Below, in pieces: positions 45,010 to 46,318 of a stretch of 46,318 nucleotides of DNA; position 1 is the stretch's first letter, and every line of letters starts with the position of its first letter. Source of the stretch: Oopsacas minuta (Eukaryota > Animalia > Porifera); assembly GCA_024704765.1 (NCBI GenBank), contig JAKMXF010000053.1, forward strand, positions 1 through 46,318, written 5' to 3'. The notes beneath the pieces are model-generated. The model was not told the DNA's origin and did not search any database. It worked only from the letters and a program-made list of their open reading frames with translations. Made by a program: the position numbers and the translations under genes.

Positions 45010-45610
45010 CACAGCGTACATCAAATATATATTTTCTTTTTATTAATTGGACTCGTTCCTATATTCGAACAAGATTATACTATTAATTAAGAATATCATC
45101 GTTTCCAAATTTTTCTTCGATGTCTAATATTGCCGGAATAGTAACAAACTTTTTGTTAAAAGTGTTGTTTGAAGTGCTACATTTATCAGTTGACAAAATT
45201 TGGCGATAATTTATAATAGAGGTAATGTCGATCGGATGAATTTATTTTTGGAAAATTATATAATCTATAATGGCATGGGGTTTACTGGCTTAATTCATTA
45301 GTACATATTATGGGGTGCGCTGAACTTACAATCGATTCTTAGTATACGTTGTTTGTAATCATCAATTTCTAGATCTGATGTAATTTAAGCTAAAAATTTT
45401 CCCATTTATTTACCCATAACTATTAATCCAAACAAGTAGCTATGATTACTTCATAGTTGCGTTCACAGCTATACTCGGGAAAATATAATCATATTTTTGA
45501 AATCTACAGTGTTGATTTACTAGATGTGGAAAGTACAATCATGATGCTTATCTTAACTATTTATATGTAATTGCCTTATACGCCATAATGGTCATTCTGG
45601 CATACTTTTG
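45010..45610 (+). mobile_element. Diverged non-autonomous relative of the Transib-like element
   Basis: Right end GTAATTGCCTTATACGCCATAATGGTCATTCTGGCATAC resembles 38430-38476. Internal blocks match 36595-36700 and 38355-38400. The left end (CACAGCG, flanks CATAG/CTTAG) is tentative. Confidence 0.55.
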
Positions 45611-46114
45611 CTTAGTATCAATTAACTATAAAAATATAATTTTTTCTTGAATAGAGCACACCACGTAGTATGGAAATGGGCAAGAGCACTCTGTCTTATA
45701 TCCTGCTGCCAGGCAGGGGCGCAACCTACGAAGCTAGGGGAATTAATCCTCCACGCCTCCTGAGATTATGTAGCATTTGTAATCGTTCGCTCAGGTTAGT
45801 CCATTCTTATATATATTTAAATTGTCAAGACGCATTATAATTTAAGTTATAGCTGTTCTGGTATTTATCATTGACAAATTCTAATAAATTTTTAAAATAC
45901 GAAAGGATTTTACTCCACTAGTTCCATATGATTACAGATCGATATTTGGTATCTAATGGTGATATATTTCCTAGGTTCAAGACAACGAGACTGCTTACCC
46001 TCAGTCGAGGATTAAGAGGATAGCGATTTGTCCCTCATATGGATGTGCAATTGAACCACATTCCTTCGAAAATGTTTAGCCTGGGCTATTGTATACAACT
46101 AATTCATATACCTA

Positions 46115-46318
46115 CAGGGTGTCTAATAAGTTCTGTTATACATTTTCGTGCCTTAGACAGTAGCTATTAATATACTTATGAAGTAATCTTCTAGAATTTC
46201 TTGTAGCATTTTTGGCGCCCTTTCAAATTATACCAAGTATATATCATTCAAGTTGATGATTTCCCAGAAAATCATGTTAGAAGAAATTCGTTCAAAAATT
46301 GTCACTTTTCACGAATCT
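46115..46318. mobile_element. Left end of a further Tc1/mariner (maT-like) element running off the window
   Basis: TA|CAGGGTGTCTAATAAGTTCTG resembles the 17106 TIR CAGGGTGGCCAATAAGTTCTG. Confidence 0.5.

Noticed and set aside
1-46318. tRNA, rRNA or snRNA genes
   Set aside because: No cloverleaf with A/B boxes or conserved rRNA/snRNA segment recognised by eye. A covariance-model scan was not possible, so short ncRNAs could be missed.

Overview
AT-rich eukaryotic nuclear DNA, most likely from an invertebrate animal. The intron-poor, divergent housekeeping genes and the transposon mix are reminiscent of sponge or cnidarian assemblies, but that is an unverified impression. Only two host genes are recognisable. 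One is an intronless MED21 (2431-2826). The other is the N-terminal ~614 codons of RNA polymerase I subunit 2 (POLR1B/RPA2, 12106-13947), which stops at a GT donor; I could not find its C-terminal half in the remaining 32 kb. Most of the rest is a multi-layer nest of decayed DNA transposons whose ends and target-site duplications (TSDs) can be read directly. These are: a Tc1 DD34E element, two DD37D (maT) elements, a Buster/Charlie hAT, an hATm-like element, hAT and pogo MITEs, two 0.9-kb foldback MITEs, non-autonomous Helitrons, two Ginger/KRBA2-like integrase relics, and a THAP-P-element transposase split by three insertions. Two elements stand out. The first is a ~9.7-kb Mutator/NOF-like element with ~347-bp TIRs, an ~11-bp TSD and an OTU protease domain fused to its transposase. 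The second is a 2.2-kb Transib/RAG1-like element with a perfect 5-bp TSD and RSS-heptamer (CACAGTG) ends whose spacers to a second conserved box are asymmetric (7 vs 16 bp). A degenerate hammerhead-ribozyme-like motif lies near 44.7 kb. No rRNA, tRNA, CRISPR array or convincing retrotransposon ORF was seen. Family assignments rest on remembered motifs, not database searches, and identities are by eye.
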